In this document: positions 39,554 through 51,600 of the stretch, in pieces | Layout: each line of letters begins with the position of its first letter | Position numbering within the stretch: position 1 is the stretch's first letter | Origin: Saccostrea echinata | Lineage: Eukaryota | Reading direction: 5' to 3' | Assembly (NCBI RefSeq): GCF_033153115.1 | Contig: NW_026889803.1 | Location: 13,702,001-13,766,000 of the forward strand | Length of the DNA stretch: 64,000 bases | Translations under genes and position numbers: made by a program | Notes under the pieces: model-generated | Seen by the model: the letters and a program-made list of their open reading frames with translations, nothing else | Told to the model about the DNA's origin: nothing | The model's database searches: none

Positions 39554-40570
39554 ATAATGTGAAAAAGAATTGTAAAATTATGTGGTAAAATTATAATTTC
39601 AATTAACAACGTATTTGAAATTCAGTCGGGATCGAGATGACTTAAAATATTACACTAATCTATGTTGTTACATTTTCAATTTTTTTTTCGAGGGAAAACA
39701 TCCATAAAAAATTCATGTTATTGATTTTATAGACAGAATATGATTTATAAAGTAAAAATAAACTCGATTCTTTCGGGTTCTCTTTTTAGTTAAGGACCGG
39801 ACCTGCTGTTTACCCATATTGTTGTCTCTCAGTATTTTTTTTTTTTAATTTGTCAGTGAGATTTGGCATTTGCCCGTAAGATTCACTTTCCACCGACTTT
39901 ACATATATTACTAGAGCACAACTAAATTTTTGATTACCAAAACATGGTTTAATATCATTATTCCTTGCTATCTTTCGAGGGGTTTCTGTCATTTTTTAAA
40001 CCATCGCGTTTTGGCAACCCGACATCACTGAAGTGTTTGAAATCCATCTCTTTGTTAACAATTAAAAATCGTCAAACTGAGACAGATCATAACGAAAACT
40101 AAATGCTGAAATCCAAACGACAGATTTTCGTATTTACATAACAGCAAAACGTGAGACGTATTTTGGACTCAAAATACGGCGAAATCGTAAGAGTAAATAG
40201 GTCTGGAGTCAGAGGAATCTCGGATTATCGCCAAACCCCCTAACTCCGTCACTTTCGGGAAACCCTGTGCTGTTTGTAAACGAATGCGATTGTGACGTCA
40301 TTTTTTATATGCTGAAAATCTACAATCAGATGCCGAGAAATTATTAGGCCTACAGTCAAATTCAAGAATGCGTCAAAAATAAATAACAATTACACGTGAT
40401 CTATTGTACCTATCATATTCCATGTGAGATCAGTAGGTACTTTTTCCTTTATGCGCTATTCCATCGATACCTCCGACAGGTGCGTCGGGTAGACTTTACT
40501 TTACCGGTCCCCAAATCCGCAAGATCCGCGTGCTCATTGCACTATGACGTAAGACTTGCGTCACTCAACT

Positions 40571-40786
40571 GATTAGGGTTGGTTTTGCACATTTTTCGAC
40601 TGGTTAAGGTTAGTCTTGCACCCACCTGAAAGATTAGGGTTAGTCCTTCCATAAGTTTTCAACTGATTAGGGTTAGTCTCGCATCCATCCGAGAGATTAG
40701 GGTTAGTCCTCGCACATGGGTTAGTCTAGCATCCGCCTGGGAGATTTGAGTTAGTCCTCGCATACCATCTGAGAGATTAGGGTTAG
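40571..40786 (+). repeat. Degenerate ~30-bp minisatellite containing GATTAGGGTTAG
   Basis: About 8 units of the form (GA)TTAGGGTTAGTC(C/T)TCGCA. Confidence 0.65.
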
Positions 40787-43614
40787 TGTCTTGTTCTTTT
40801 AGGTTAATTAAGAAATTCAGTTGCATCTGTATTTTTTGCAAGATCTTAATTCAGCTTCAGCGACATCTCGTTGGTTTGTTTACATGAAAAAAAATGGCTA
40901 AGTATAGTACAAAAGAAACCATTCGGCAAACCTCGGCTAATTCCGTCACCTTCATCAAACGTTAGATGAGGTACGAATCGGCCAAGGTGTGCCGAGTGAA
41001 AAGAAACGGCACTAAGCATGCGCCGCACGTGCTCCGTTCACAATTATTTCGTGTCTCCTTTTCACTGAATAAACAATAGTTATATTACTTTTTTTCAGAG
41101 AACGAGGTTAAAAACTTCGTTTAAAAACGAAGTTTTAAACTGAACTTTTAACCGTAGAATTCGATTTTGGGGTCAAAAAGGCTTAAAACTTCATATTTTA
41201 AATTTTTTTCGATCGCTCACGCGATCTCATATATATTGAAGTCGCCTACGGCGACACTATATTTTAGCGCGTTTTTCTGGGGACCGGTAAAGTCAAGTCG
41301 TTCCGGTGCGTCAATGTGCTCATTTTTACATGTCAATCATATTTATGAAGGTCTTTGCCAAAAGATTAATATGAAATTCCATATTGAATACGGCTAAAAA
41401 TGTTTCATTTTTCGTCTCAATTTGCCCTAATACGCTACACGTTGGAGATAACGTAGCGTGACGTTATTACATATAAATACATATAAAATATGTTATAGGC
41501 CTATTAACGTACGTTATTTTTTCTCTTGTTGATACTTTTCCTAAAATATAATTTAATACTATTTTAAATCTTCAAAACTAATTTTCTATACTTACAAGTT
41601 TAAGATGAATTTAAGGGAGAAAAACCTAAACTGGAAAAAAAATTCTAATTAATACGTTGACATATTGTAGAGGGCCCCGCTGAAGGAGTTTAGTTAGTAA
41701 GGGATAGATGTAGGAATATAAGTACTTCTGAAATTTCGTGTCCAAGAATCAAGAAATCCCATATTTTCTTAGCCTGTAACTGGTGATCATCGGGAACAAA
41801 GCTACTGTCGTTAATGCAATGTAATTTACATCCATTTAAAAGAACTAAAAATCCGACGAATAAACCACGGAGATTGGTACTGTTTACCATGACGTGTTAT
41901 TTTCATGTTTCAATGGCTATCAAAAAATATATGAAGTATATTTATATATAGAGACAGGTCATCTCGTCTAAATCAAAACGAGGCTCTGGCACTCCGGAAT
42001 GGCATTCGTAACTACTCGGCCATTTTCAGAGAGAGAAATAATTTATCGTTCACGGAAATAGCCGAGTAGTTACGATTGTCCGGAATGGGTCCTTTCTAAT
42101 CTCGGAATCGGTGGGCGTCAGACCAATATCTAGCCGAGCCGAATCTATAAACAGCTCCAGTGCACCCCAGGATGTAGCCTCCTATGTCCTGAAAAAAATA
42201 GTTCCTGTCAAAAAATTTATTTATTTACAAAATACATTAAATTTACTAAGCACAGGTACCAAAGTTGTAAAAATAGCCTGGAAGAAAATAAAAAAAATTA
42301 TCAAAAGAAAGAAAAATTAATTTTATATGTATGGAACTACAACTGATAAGTTCATTTTGATTGGTAAATTACCGGTGTGATACCTACGCCATGTGTTTAT
42401 CTTAAACCGGAAGTACGAGTTCGTAAATTTGAAATCTGGATCCCGACTCAAATTCAACATCTGAAAGAAAAAATTCCATTTTTCTCAATTTTATTTTTTT
42501 CTGAAAATTCAAAAACTTGAGCGGCGGGTTTGTAAACCTAAAAATAAAAAAATGCTGGCCTTAAGAGTCAATGAAGAAAATAAACCAGTTCGAACACGAA
42601 AAACCTAACCGGGGGATTTTGGTTGGACACTTCTCTATTCTTTCATATATATACTCGACTCTTCTTACCAACTACAGTGAACTTCTGTATCCTTTGGGGT
42701 GGTAGTGGGAAAAGGGGGGAACTATTTCTTCCTTTACATTTAATATTTGAATTTCGCTGGATCCGCTACTGAGATTAATTGATTCCTACTTCACGATGAG
42801 AAGGGAGTGGACTTTGCTTTGTCATAAATTATAAGTGCATTTATGCAATTATATCGGCATTAATTTGAGGTATAGGAATGATTTAAAACTAGAATTCATT
42901 ACTATGAAATCTGCTGGAAACTGGGAGAAAGGATGTCTTTGTCAATAGTGCTATGTGCTAAAAGATCAATGTCATATAGAATATGTATAAAAAAAAAAAC
43001 CCTGGAAATATTTTCTTGAACGCATGTCAAACTATTTTTGCCACACTGAAATAGAATTTTGTATGTGTTAACCCCCCCCCCCCCCCCATTTCTGCCACTG
43101 CTTAGGCTACACAGAAATATTCTCTATTTAAGAACAATAAAATTTTACCCTTTCCTCTTATGCTGTCTGTCGTAAAGCCTTATTAGCAAGTCCTTGTTTG
43201 TGTAAAATCAATCTTACGCTGAGTATTAGTAAAATGTTAATGCATGTATATATGTATCTCATTTATTTCTTGACAAGCATTACACACATTCAATACTGCT
43301 CTATTTATTCACATGAAAATCATAATGTGAAAAATGAAATTGAAAGTAGTGACTGTTAAGTCACCAATAAAAACACAATTACTAAATTTATTACATTTAT
43401 AGATCAATAGATTATGATGGGTTTTGAGAAGAAAAAACCGAAACATCATTTATATATCATATCACCGTCCTGCTTACACTTATTATTTTATGGGAATAAG
43501 ACATGGCCTAGCGATTGGCTCGTTCGCGAAGATAATTATCCACGAGCTTGGGTTGCTACGAATCTTGTGGATATTTCTCGCATATGCGTATGAAAGTTGT
43601 TTAACAGTATATAG

Positions 43615-43695
43615 CATTCTCTATCCAGAGTTGTCTTCCGCTACGCTACCTGAATGTAGGAGCGAAGCGGGAACGACAACTCTGAATAGAGAATG
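43615..43695. mobile_element. ~80-bp hairpin MITE
   Basis: CATTCTCTATCCAGAGTTGTC...GACAACTCTGAATAGAGAATG, flanked by ACAGTATATAG and ACAGTATAG. Confidence 0.6.
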
Positions 43696-43728
43696 ACAGT
43701 ATAGATATAAGAATTTATCTTGATGTTA

Positions 43729-44967
43729 GGGCCCTGTCACACCAGCTGCGTTCACACGGAGTTATTACGGTGTTGTTAAATTTTTAAAATCGCAACGGAA
43801 TCGCAGGGAAATCGCACAAATTTCTGTAAAATTTTCACAATGTGAAGATGTCACGGCGTCCCCATGCGTTTCTACGGCGTTCTCGCGGCGTGCTACTGCG
43901 TTCCCTCGGAGATCTCTTCGCGATTGACTGCGCTTCCGCGGAGCTTTTATGGCGTGTTAGGAGTTGTCACCTTGCGTTCACGGCGTTCTCACGGCGCTTG
44001 CTGCGTTCACAATACAATGCGTTCTTCACTATGGATATACAAATGTATATTCAGAAGGAGCGTATCACATTTTTTTTTTTAAAGATTCAAGTCACATGAC
44101 GAAAATACATCTACTTATGCCACAAAATATTCTTTAATTGAAAATAATCTATTTGAATAATTTAGTACTAAATTATTGATAGTTTTATTATTAAAATCCT
44201 TTTTTCAATTATATCAATTCAGATGTGTTTTCTTCTTTTCTTTGATTTTATTATGAATGTAAAAATAAACACACTGAAAAGTTGTTATAAAATTTAAGTA
44301 ATTCCACCGCAACTCCACTGAAACAACAGCACAAGTTCTGATGTAATTTTTACCTCCCAGTTCTACTCCCATGCTCTTGGTCAGGAGTGCAACAAATACG
44401 TTAGAATTATTGCTGATCAAATATGAGGCCATTGCTCTTGTTTTGTGAGCTAGCTGACAACGCTCTAACAACGCCGTGAAAGCGCATTGTGATCGCCAAT
44501 GGACGCTGTAGAAACGCCAAGGGAGCGCAATGACTGCAATGACAACTCCTTGTTGTCGCTGTGTAATCGCAGTCAAAAAATCACAAGACAATCTCATTAG
44601 AAGCGCCGTAAAAGCAGTGACATCTCCAAGGACTCCGCGAGGTCTCCGTGGAAGCGCAGTCTATACTTTCAAGGAGCTCCCATGCACTGCGTTGTTGGAG
44701 ATCTCGCTGCGCTGCTACGGCGATCATACTACGTTTCTACTGCGTTTTTATCAGACTGCGATCACACGGCGCGTACTTTGTGCATGCCCAAAGTGCGCGC
44801 CGTCCCCTGGCGTTCTAGGAGACCCTACGCGACCCTACCGTGCTCAGTGGAGATCTCGCCGCGTTGTCACGGCGCTGTAGGAGACTACTGCGCTCAACTC
44901 GGCGTATTGCATTTTCTGTGGACGCCGTGCGATTGCCGTAAGGACGCAGTCCCGGAGTGACAGGGGT
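43729..44967. mobile_element. GC-rich non-autonomous TIR element (PIF/Harbinger-like)
   Basis: GGCCCTGTCACACC...GGAGTGACAGGGG termini, CpG-rich subterminal CACGGCGTT repeats and an AT-rich centre; no transposase ORF. Confidence 0.6.
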
Positions 44968-45049
44968 TTTACATGTACTCTCTTTGTTTATATACATTCA
45001 AAATTATCATCGAGTATAACACAAATTTCTACCTTAATTAATTTCTTCA

Positions 45050-45108
<59 letters not shown>
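45050..45108. repeat. (TA)n microsatellite
   Basis: About 29 TA units. Confidence 0.95.
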
Positions 45109-45111
<3 letters not shown>

Positions 45112-46189
45112 GAACCACGAATCAGAAAATATCTATATTTATATTTCAGTTAATGAATACTCTGTTTATTCTTTCATGGGAATGTTGGGAATTCTCGTGA
45201 ATTCAACTTAGTCAATAGCATAGATCTTCAATTTTTAAGCAGATTTAACATTTGTGTTTTTGGGTGATTTTCTTTTAAATATAATTCAATTTTTCCACAA
45301 AATTTCGCATTTAGGAATAACAAGTTTTAATGAGTTCCGTATTTTACGAAACTCCTCTCAGTTTCTCTTTTACGTACATGAGGTTTTACAAAAGGTGTAG
45401 AAAACGATGAGACATTCAATTGATTGTTACAAATGTATAGGAAATAAGTCCTTTTAACTTCTGTGGACTTTTTCTTCTCTAATAATTTATTCAGATATAG
45501 ATTTTTAAAAGGCCTAAATATTAACTATTGCATGGATCTAAAAATACCGCAGTTGAAGTCATTTTCCATGGAAAACATCTTTCTCTTTTTTTTCAATTCT
45601 ATCCTAATTGACTGGTATATCAAATAAACACCTTTATCTGCTTTTTTTTAATTATTATTTTATGATTGTAAATTGTTATGATGTTGATTAAATAAATACC
45701 TATTGCCAATTATTCAATTTCAAGTCCTATATTCGTATATTGGTACTTTGTAATCACAAACTTTAAGGATGTACAACACAACACCCCCCTCCCAAATTCC
45801 TGTCGTTTAATTTTCGTTATTTTTTTATTTATTTTATACATGACTATATCCACTATGTGTATGCACATTTTGGACAACTTAATCGTTCGAGTCGTATTTG
45901 GACAGGAATTAAGTTCCAAAAGTTACCCCCTTTAGCTGTCCACGAGGAGAAGCAAGAACAGGTTTCCATAAGACTGTTTTTGGCCCATAATGAACTTTAA
46001 ATTAATTTGTTTAGTAATGTCTAGTAATGTTTCATCTGTTATATTTTATAATTTATTTGCAGAACCAACGCATATTAGTCACGTGAGTCCCTCAATGGTC
46101 CCTCTAAAAGCATCTAAGAGGGTTATGGCGATTTATTACATGTAGTAGACTATTCATTGTAAAAAACCAAAGAAAGATTAACAGTATAT

Positions 46190-46937
46190 CCATACAACTC
46201 ACAACAACTGGAGCAATGTGACATATTCCCAGACGAATCCTCTTCTTTAATGAAGTTTGATGGAGATACGCAATAAAATTACACATCAGGTAAGCTTGAT
46301 AGGTACAGTGCAGTTGCATTATCATGTGTATATTTATATAGCTATAAGGAATAAAACCATTTCAATTTTAAATTGTTAATTTTTTGCATGATTATTATTT
46401 ATTTTTGTATTCTTTCATTAGAATATTTTTAAACTTATCAGGGACCTATATACCTATATAGTATATAGGTCCCTGAACTTATAGACAAGCACAGGGAGCC
46501 ATCAATTTCTTTTCTCTGCCTCGCTTGATAAAGACAAACCCCCTGCTCCCTGTTTACGTCATGATGTTGATGGAATCATGTGGCAACCAGAAAACCTGTG
46601 CAAAGAAACAGAACTTCCATGGCAACATGTGGCAACATTCAATGCATTTGGTTACGTTCAGGCCTCTAAACAAAATCGAAAATTTACCTTATGTGCTCCA
46701 GACTGTTCGTTTGCTGTTATCTTTGACATATGGCGACATGCATATGTATACAGACAGCCAGCACCTATTGCAACTCCAGTCAGAAATCATAAAGATGGAA
46801 GACAAATTAGCCATGTTGCCAAGCAACAAGTGGTTTCACTGGAGTGTACAGATCACATTGTTGGTGTACAGGCAACATCACAGAAACTCTACATTCTGAC
46901 TGAATCTGTGTTACATGCTCTTCAAATCAGCTCATAA
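46190..46937 (+). pseudogene. Duplicated 3' fragment of NUDCD1 (part of exon 8, the intron and the last exon)
   Basis: High similarity to 31780-32490, beginning mid-exon. A 1-nt insertion creates TAA at 46274-46276. No upstream exons are duplicated. Confidence 0.85.
46439..46475. mobile_element. 37-bp palindromic micro-MITE with a 7-bp TSD
   Basis: AACTTAT-CAGGGACCTATATAC...GTATATAGGTCCCTG-AACTTAT; absent from the paralogous site at ~32030. Confidence 0.75.
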
Positions 46938-47318
46938 GAATACATGTACATGTATATGCTTGGCAGGTTCAATTCTTGGGCTCAGTTTCAAAAACAAGCG
47001 TGTGGGCTTAATTTTCACCTATTCTTGAAAAGCATTCTTTTACTCAGAAAAAATCATAACATTTGTCCGATTTTTAATCATTTTTTATCCATCAGTACAT
47101 GTATTAATTTTGTTGTTTTCAAGGCAAAGTTTTTTGTTAATTTAATATAGCAATGAAATAATAAATGAAACTTGTGAAATAATGTTGTGTGCAATTAATT
47201 TGATGAGCATTTAAAAGTGGAATGTATATTTTACAGTCAAAGCACTCAATGGGGTATTTATGTGCATCAAGCACAATTCTACTCCACTGAGGAACATTAA
47301 AAGCATAATTATCTATGA

Positions 47319-48435
47319 TTAAATATTAATTAGGTCATTATACATATTTGTTTGGAGTAACTTTTTGTAGCTCTGTAGAACAGTATCTGGGATAGTCTGT
47401 GGAATCTGAAAACCTTTTTGTGGATAAATCTGTATTCTGTATAGACATCCTATCATAGCACTAATAACATCACACAGTGATCCCACTTCTGTATTGGGGT
47501 AACTGAGCATTGGAATTCGTGGTGAGGTCACCAAAACTTGCAAATTGGGAGTTTCTGAGAAACCTGACCATTGTTTCATAAATGTGGCATAAACTCTTCT
47601 TTCCATGTATGGCATCTGCACCAAAAGTATCTTTTCTTTTGGTAATAAGTTTCTTTGTTGCAGGATGTTGTATGAGAAGCGTACATTTTCACCTGTGTTA
47701 GTAGCATGGGGTTCCAACAAAATTTTATTTTTGTTGACACCTAGAGATATGGCCACATCTTTAAATATCTCAGCTTCAGGTTTTGTCCATTTCCCTACAT
47801 TGAACACAAAACAAATATATAGTCAGGTTATCAAGCATTTTAAATGACAGCTAGATTCATAAATACAATGATTGAAGAAGAAGGAATTCACCTCTAGTAT
47901 TTGCACCTTCTTTTCCCGAGAACAGAATCCATGGTGCCACTCCTTGAAGCCATAAACTAGCACCATGTTCAGCTGTCCGTAAATCATGGTTTCCTAGAAC
48001 CAATATAACATCACTCTGTAATGAAGACCGTTTACTTTAGAAGAAATTACGAAAGGGGGGGGGGGGTCTGTTAAGAGATTCGTGGTGCCTGGACACTATT
48101 TCTCTCAAGAAAGAAATCACCTCATTCTGAATCTTTTTAATAAAGTTTATTACCAGATATGCTCATGATTTTAATCATACATAGCTACTTAAAAAATATA
48201 TGTAGGTGAAAGGATTATTTTATACCTTTGAAATTTCATGTCCAAGAATCAAGTAATCCCATATTTTCTTCGCCAATAACTTGTGATCATCAGGAACAAA
48301 GCTACTGCTTTTAGTGCAATGTAAATTCCTCCTCAAAGCACATTTAAAAGAACTAGAGATCCAACGAATAACCCATGGAGATTGGTACAAGTGAAAGTTG
48401 TTCATCATGCTTACGCATGACGTCATTACTTTCAT
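47319..48435 (-). CDS. DUF218/YdcF-like (SCO4629-like) protein, copy B, intact (~269 aa)
   Basis: Exons 48435-48226, 48015-47892 and 47794-47319 join in frame (810 nt): ...KKIWDYLILGHEISK|SDVILVLGNHDLRTAEHGASLWLQGVAPWILFSGKEG...PEAEIF...ATNTGENVRFS...QMPYMERRVYATF...YPQKGFQIPQTIPD. The start could also be the Met at 48408. Confidence 0.85.
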
Positions 48436-48699
48436 TTTTTAACGAAAAATAAATCGTTCATTGTGTATGAAAGAATATATATTGTCAGTAGGCATTTATA
48501 CATAATTTAGTCGGTGTTTTTGAACATTTAAAACAGAGTTAACTGCATCAATTTGGAAAGTTTTCTTCAAAATGAAAAAATGCATCTTTGCTAATTTTAA
48601 TATATTACGGCGACAATTCTACGAACGAGTTGTTTAAGAAATGAAAACCCCGCCATTTTCAATATTCAAAAAAATCCTTTAAATCATATAATAGTTAAT

Positions 48700-51600
48700 A
48701 TGACAGCAGGTAAATATCTATATCGTTAGCGTAAGAAAATATTTCACAGGCATTAGACTAAGATATTGTTGACACCACTTTGGGAGTGAATTGTGTTCAT
48801 GTCAAAGACCAGTGTGTCTGAAAACTTATTCCGCTGTTATTTGAAAAATCTTTCAAACTTTCGTTATTCTCTAACATCTGGGTTGTAAGTACAACTGTAC
48901 TCAAAACATACACAAATTTAGCAAAAATTTGATTGTGTAGAAATATACCTATTTCGAGTAACAGGCACTAACAGCAAACATTCATCTTCGTTCATTACCG
49001 TCTTCTGGTAATTAAGATGATAAAATAAAAAGTAGCACCCTGCTAAAATAATCCACTGTATGATATATCTAAATAGAGTGTTATATTACAGCATATAAAT
49101 GTAGTTAATATTTTTTTTTTAATTTTAGACAAAAGTTCAACAGAAGCAAGGTAATAGCTAGTGATGTAGTATGACTTATATTTAATATGTTCAATCATTG
49201 AAATGATGAATGTTCTACAGACCCGGTATAAAGATAGAATGCATTCTGTGTATTGGCAGTGTAGCAAAGAAAACATGAGCAATAACTTTACCTCATTGCA
49301 ATACACTGCGAACAGTCCAAAGAGTTCCGAAATGTCAACATGGTGTGTAAATTTGAAACGAGTAAAAATGTGTTGAAATCTTTGATTATATGGATTAATT
49401 TTGGTATGAAAGGTATCCACAATTTTCAAAAAGGTTTGTTATGATTAATTTGACAGTTATTTCCAATGCAACTCTACTTTTTTTTTCCAAAATCATTTCG
49501 GAGCTATTCTGCAATTTTCTGCTACATTGCGGGTATATGAGAGGCATTCTAACTGTGGTGAGGGCCTGTCCCTGGCCACAGTTAGATTTTTCTAAACTAA
49601 ATTTATATTATTTGTCTTTATGTTTTCATTCCCATATAATATTGTAAAAAATGTATGCGATATTAGTAAAATAAAAAGTGGTAAGTGTCTAAAGATGATT
49701 TTACTAACAATAACCAAGTTATTCTTTACCAACTCTTAAATTTTTTTTTTTTAGTGAGGGGGATGCCATTAAAGTGTTTGTGAGAATTCGCCCCCCTGAT
49801 TCCTACGACAATGACCGTGGTTGTCAGCCTTGTGTGTCTGTCAATGACAGCAAGACGGCAGTTATTGTTCAAAGCAAACCAGATCCAAAAACATATACAT
49901 TTGATCATGTTGCAGATTATCAAGATACACAGGTACTCATGAATAATAAATATACATTTGAATTATGTTCTCATGATTGCCTGCTTCAAAAACCCAGGAC
50001 AGGAAATTGTTTACATCTTCCTCTTTGAAATCAAATTTTTTGTATACTGTACACATCTGGATTGTTTATAGTGTTGTTATCTGTTTCCAAACTTCAAAAG
50101 AAGGTAGTTGGAACAGATAAGATCTCTTTCACACACTTTGTTCGTGTACATAATTACTTATAAATAACTTACATAAATTTGTAAAGGAATACTTAGACAC
50201 TGTGATTAAATTTCTGTATGAATTAATTTTTTTTCTTATTCACATTTTAGGAGTCGGTTTTCACCATCATGGGTAAGAAAATAATTGAGAGCTGCGTAAC
50301 AGGGTATAATGGAACCATATTTGCCTAGTGAGTACAATGGTTTCTATATAGGCCATATATAATTTGCTTTTATTTTTGTTTTTCTGCAATTAATATGATT
50401 TTTGAACCATTTAAATACATGTACAATATTTTGATTACAGTGGCCAAACAGGGAGTGGGAAAACATACAGCATGATAGGTAAGGAAGAAAAATCATTTAG
50501 ACAATATATGAGTTTACATTGTATAAAGTTAAGAATACATGCATGTCATTCATGATAAAGCAAAACCCCAGTAATGTTTTCTATAATAAAACTTCAATGT
50601 TTTTCAACATTATCAAAGTGTATTTTTATTACTCAAAATTTAAAAGAATCAGTATTTTAACAAATGATTTGCAATTTGAAGCCATTGGATAAAGTACTTG
50701 GTTCATTAATTACATGTGTAGCAATTTTCGTTATGTGCTAGCACTCTCTATGTAGGTCCATCAGATGATGTAGACAATTTCCAGCATGACCTAAGGGGAG
50801 TCACTCCAAGAAGTTTTGAATATTTGTTCAATTTGATTAGTGAAAAACAGGAAAATGTGAGTATATTAAAAAGTTCATTGTTGGTATTTAACACCATTAC
50901 ATGTAATAAAGTTTGATATTTAACAGTGGAGAATTGTAATTAACTCTGGCTAAGTAGTTTGTGTTTCAATGATTATTCATATGGCAATTGCTTTTATAGT
51001 ACAGGTATAAAAATTTGATTTTTGAATGTTGTTTTATGTAGGGATCAGAATTCCTTTTGAAATGCTCATTCCTGGAGATCTACAATGAGCAGATATATGA
51101 CCTTATGGAACCCTCCACAATGACCCTTCACCTGCGGGAGAATATGAAGAAAGGTGTATTTGTGGATAGACTTACTGAGATCTCAGTAACTACGGCACTT
51201 GAAGCCTACGAGGTTAGAGTTTTTAAAAAATTGTTTACTTTTCCAAATTTCATGTACTTGCACGAATTTCAAGATGCAGCAGTTACAAATGAATGTATAC
51301 AAGTACATGTATTCCCCAAAGGCATTACATGAATTTATCATCTTGAAGGGTACTTGTACATTGTTTGTTTTAAAATGGTTTTACTTTGATTTAAGTTGTT
51401 GACATTAATAGTATAAGATCTACAGTAAAACATTAAAAACCTACATGTACATCTATCTGATTGACAGGTTTTAACATCTGGTTGGATCAATAGGCGAGTA
51501 GCATCTACTTCAATGAATAGAGAGAGTTCCAGGAGCCATGCTGTGTTCACCATTCAAATTGAATCAAAGGTGTGTACTATTAAAAATTTACAGTAGCTAT

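Larger units (their letters stand above)
33795..40229. mobile_element. ~6.4-kb inverted-repeat-bounded composite insertion in DUF218 copy A intron 1
   Basis: Perfect 24-bp IR GATAATCCGAGATTCCTCTGACTC (33795-33818) and GAGTCAGAGGAATCTCGGATTATC (40206-40229). Encloses a hairpin at 34159-34262, a MITE at ~34316-34969, a MITE at ~36428-36762 and a HINE. Confidence 0.5.
32862..41890 (-). pseudogene. DUF218/YdcF-like (SCO4629-like) gene, copy A; frameshifted as assembled
   Basis: Exons 41890-41726, 33563-33440 and 33338-32862. Motifs DVILVLGNHDLR, ILFSG, EAEIF, ATNTGENV, QMPYMERR, VTSP, YPQKGFQIPQ. A T10 run at 33175-33184 (9 nt TTTTCTTTT in copy B) shifts the frame. Exon 1 has a net 8-nt deletion relative to copy B. 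Confidence 0.7.

Noticed and set aside
43842-44997. Cluster of overlapping 60-127 aa ORFs
   Set aside because: They fall inside a GC-rich TIR element where stop codons are rare, and show no transposase or other motifs.
32862-48435. DUF218 genes as bacterial contamination
   Set aside because: They have GT-AG introns, poly(A) signals and host TEs, and are contiguous with NUDCD1 and KIF15.
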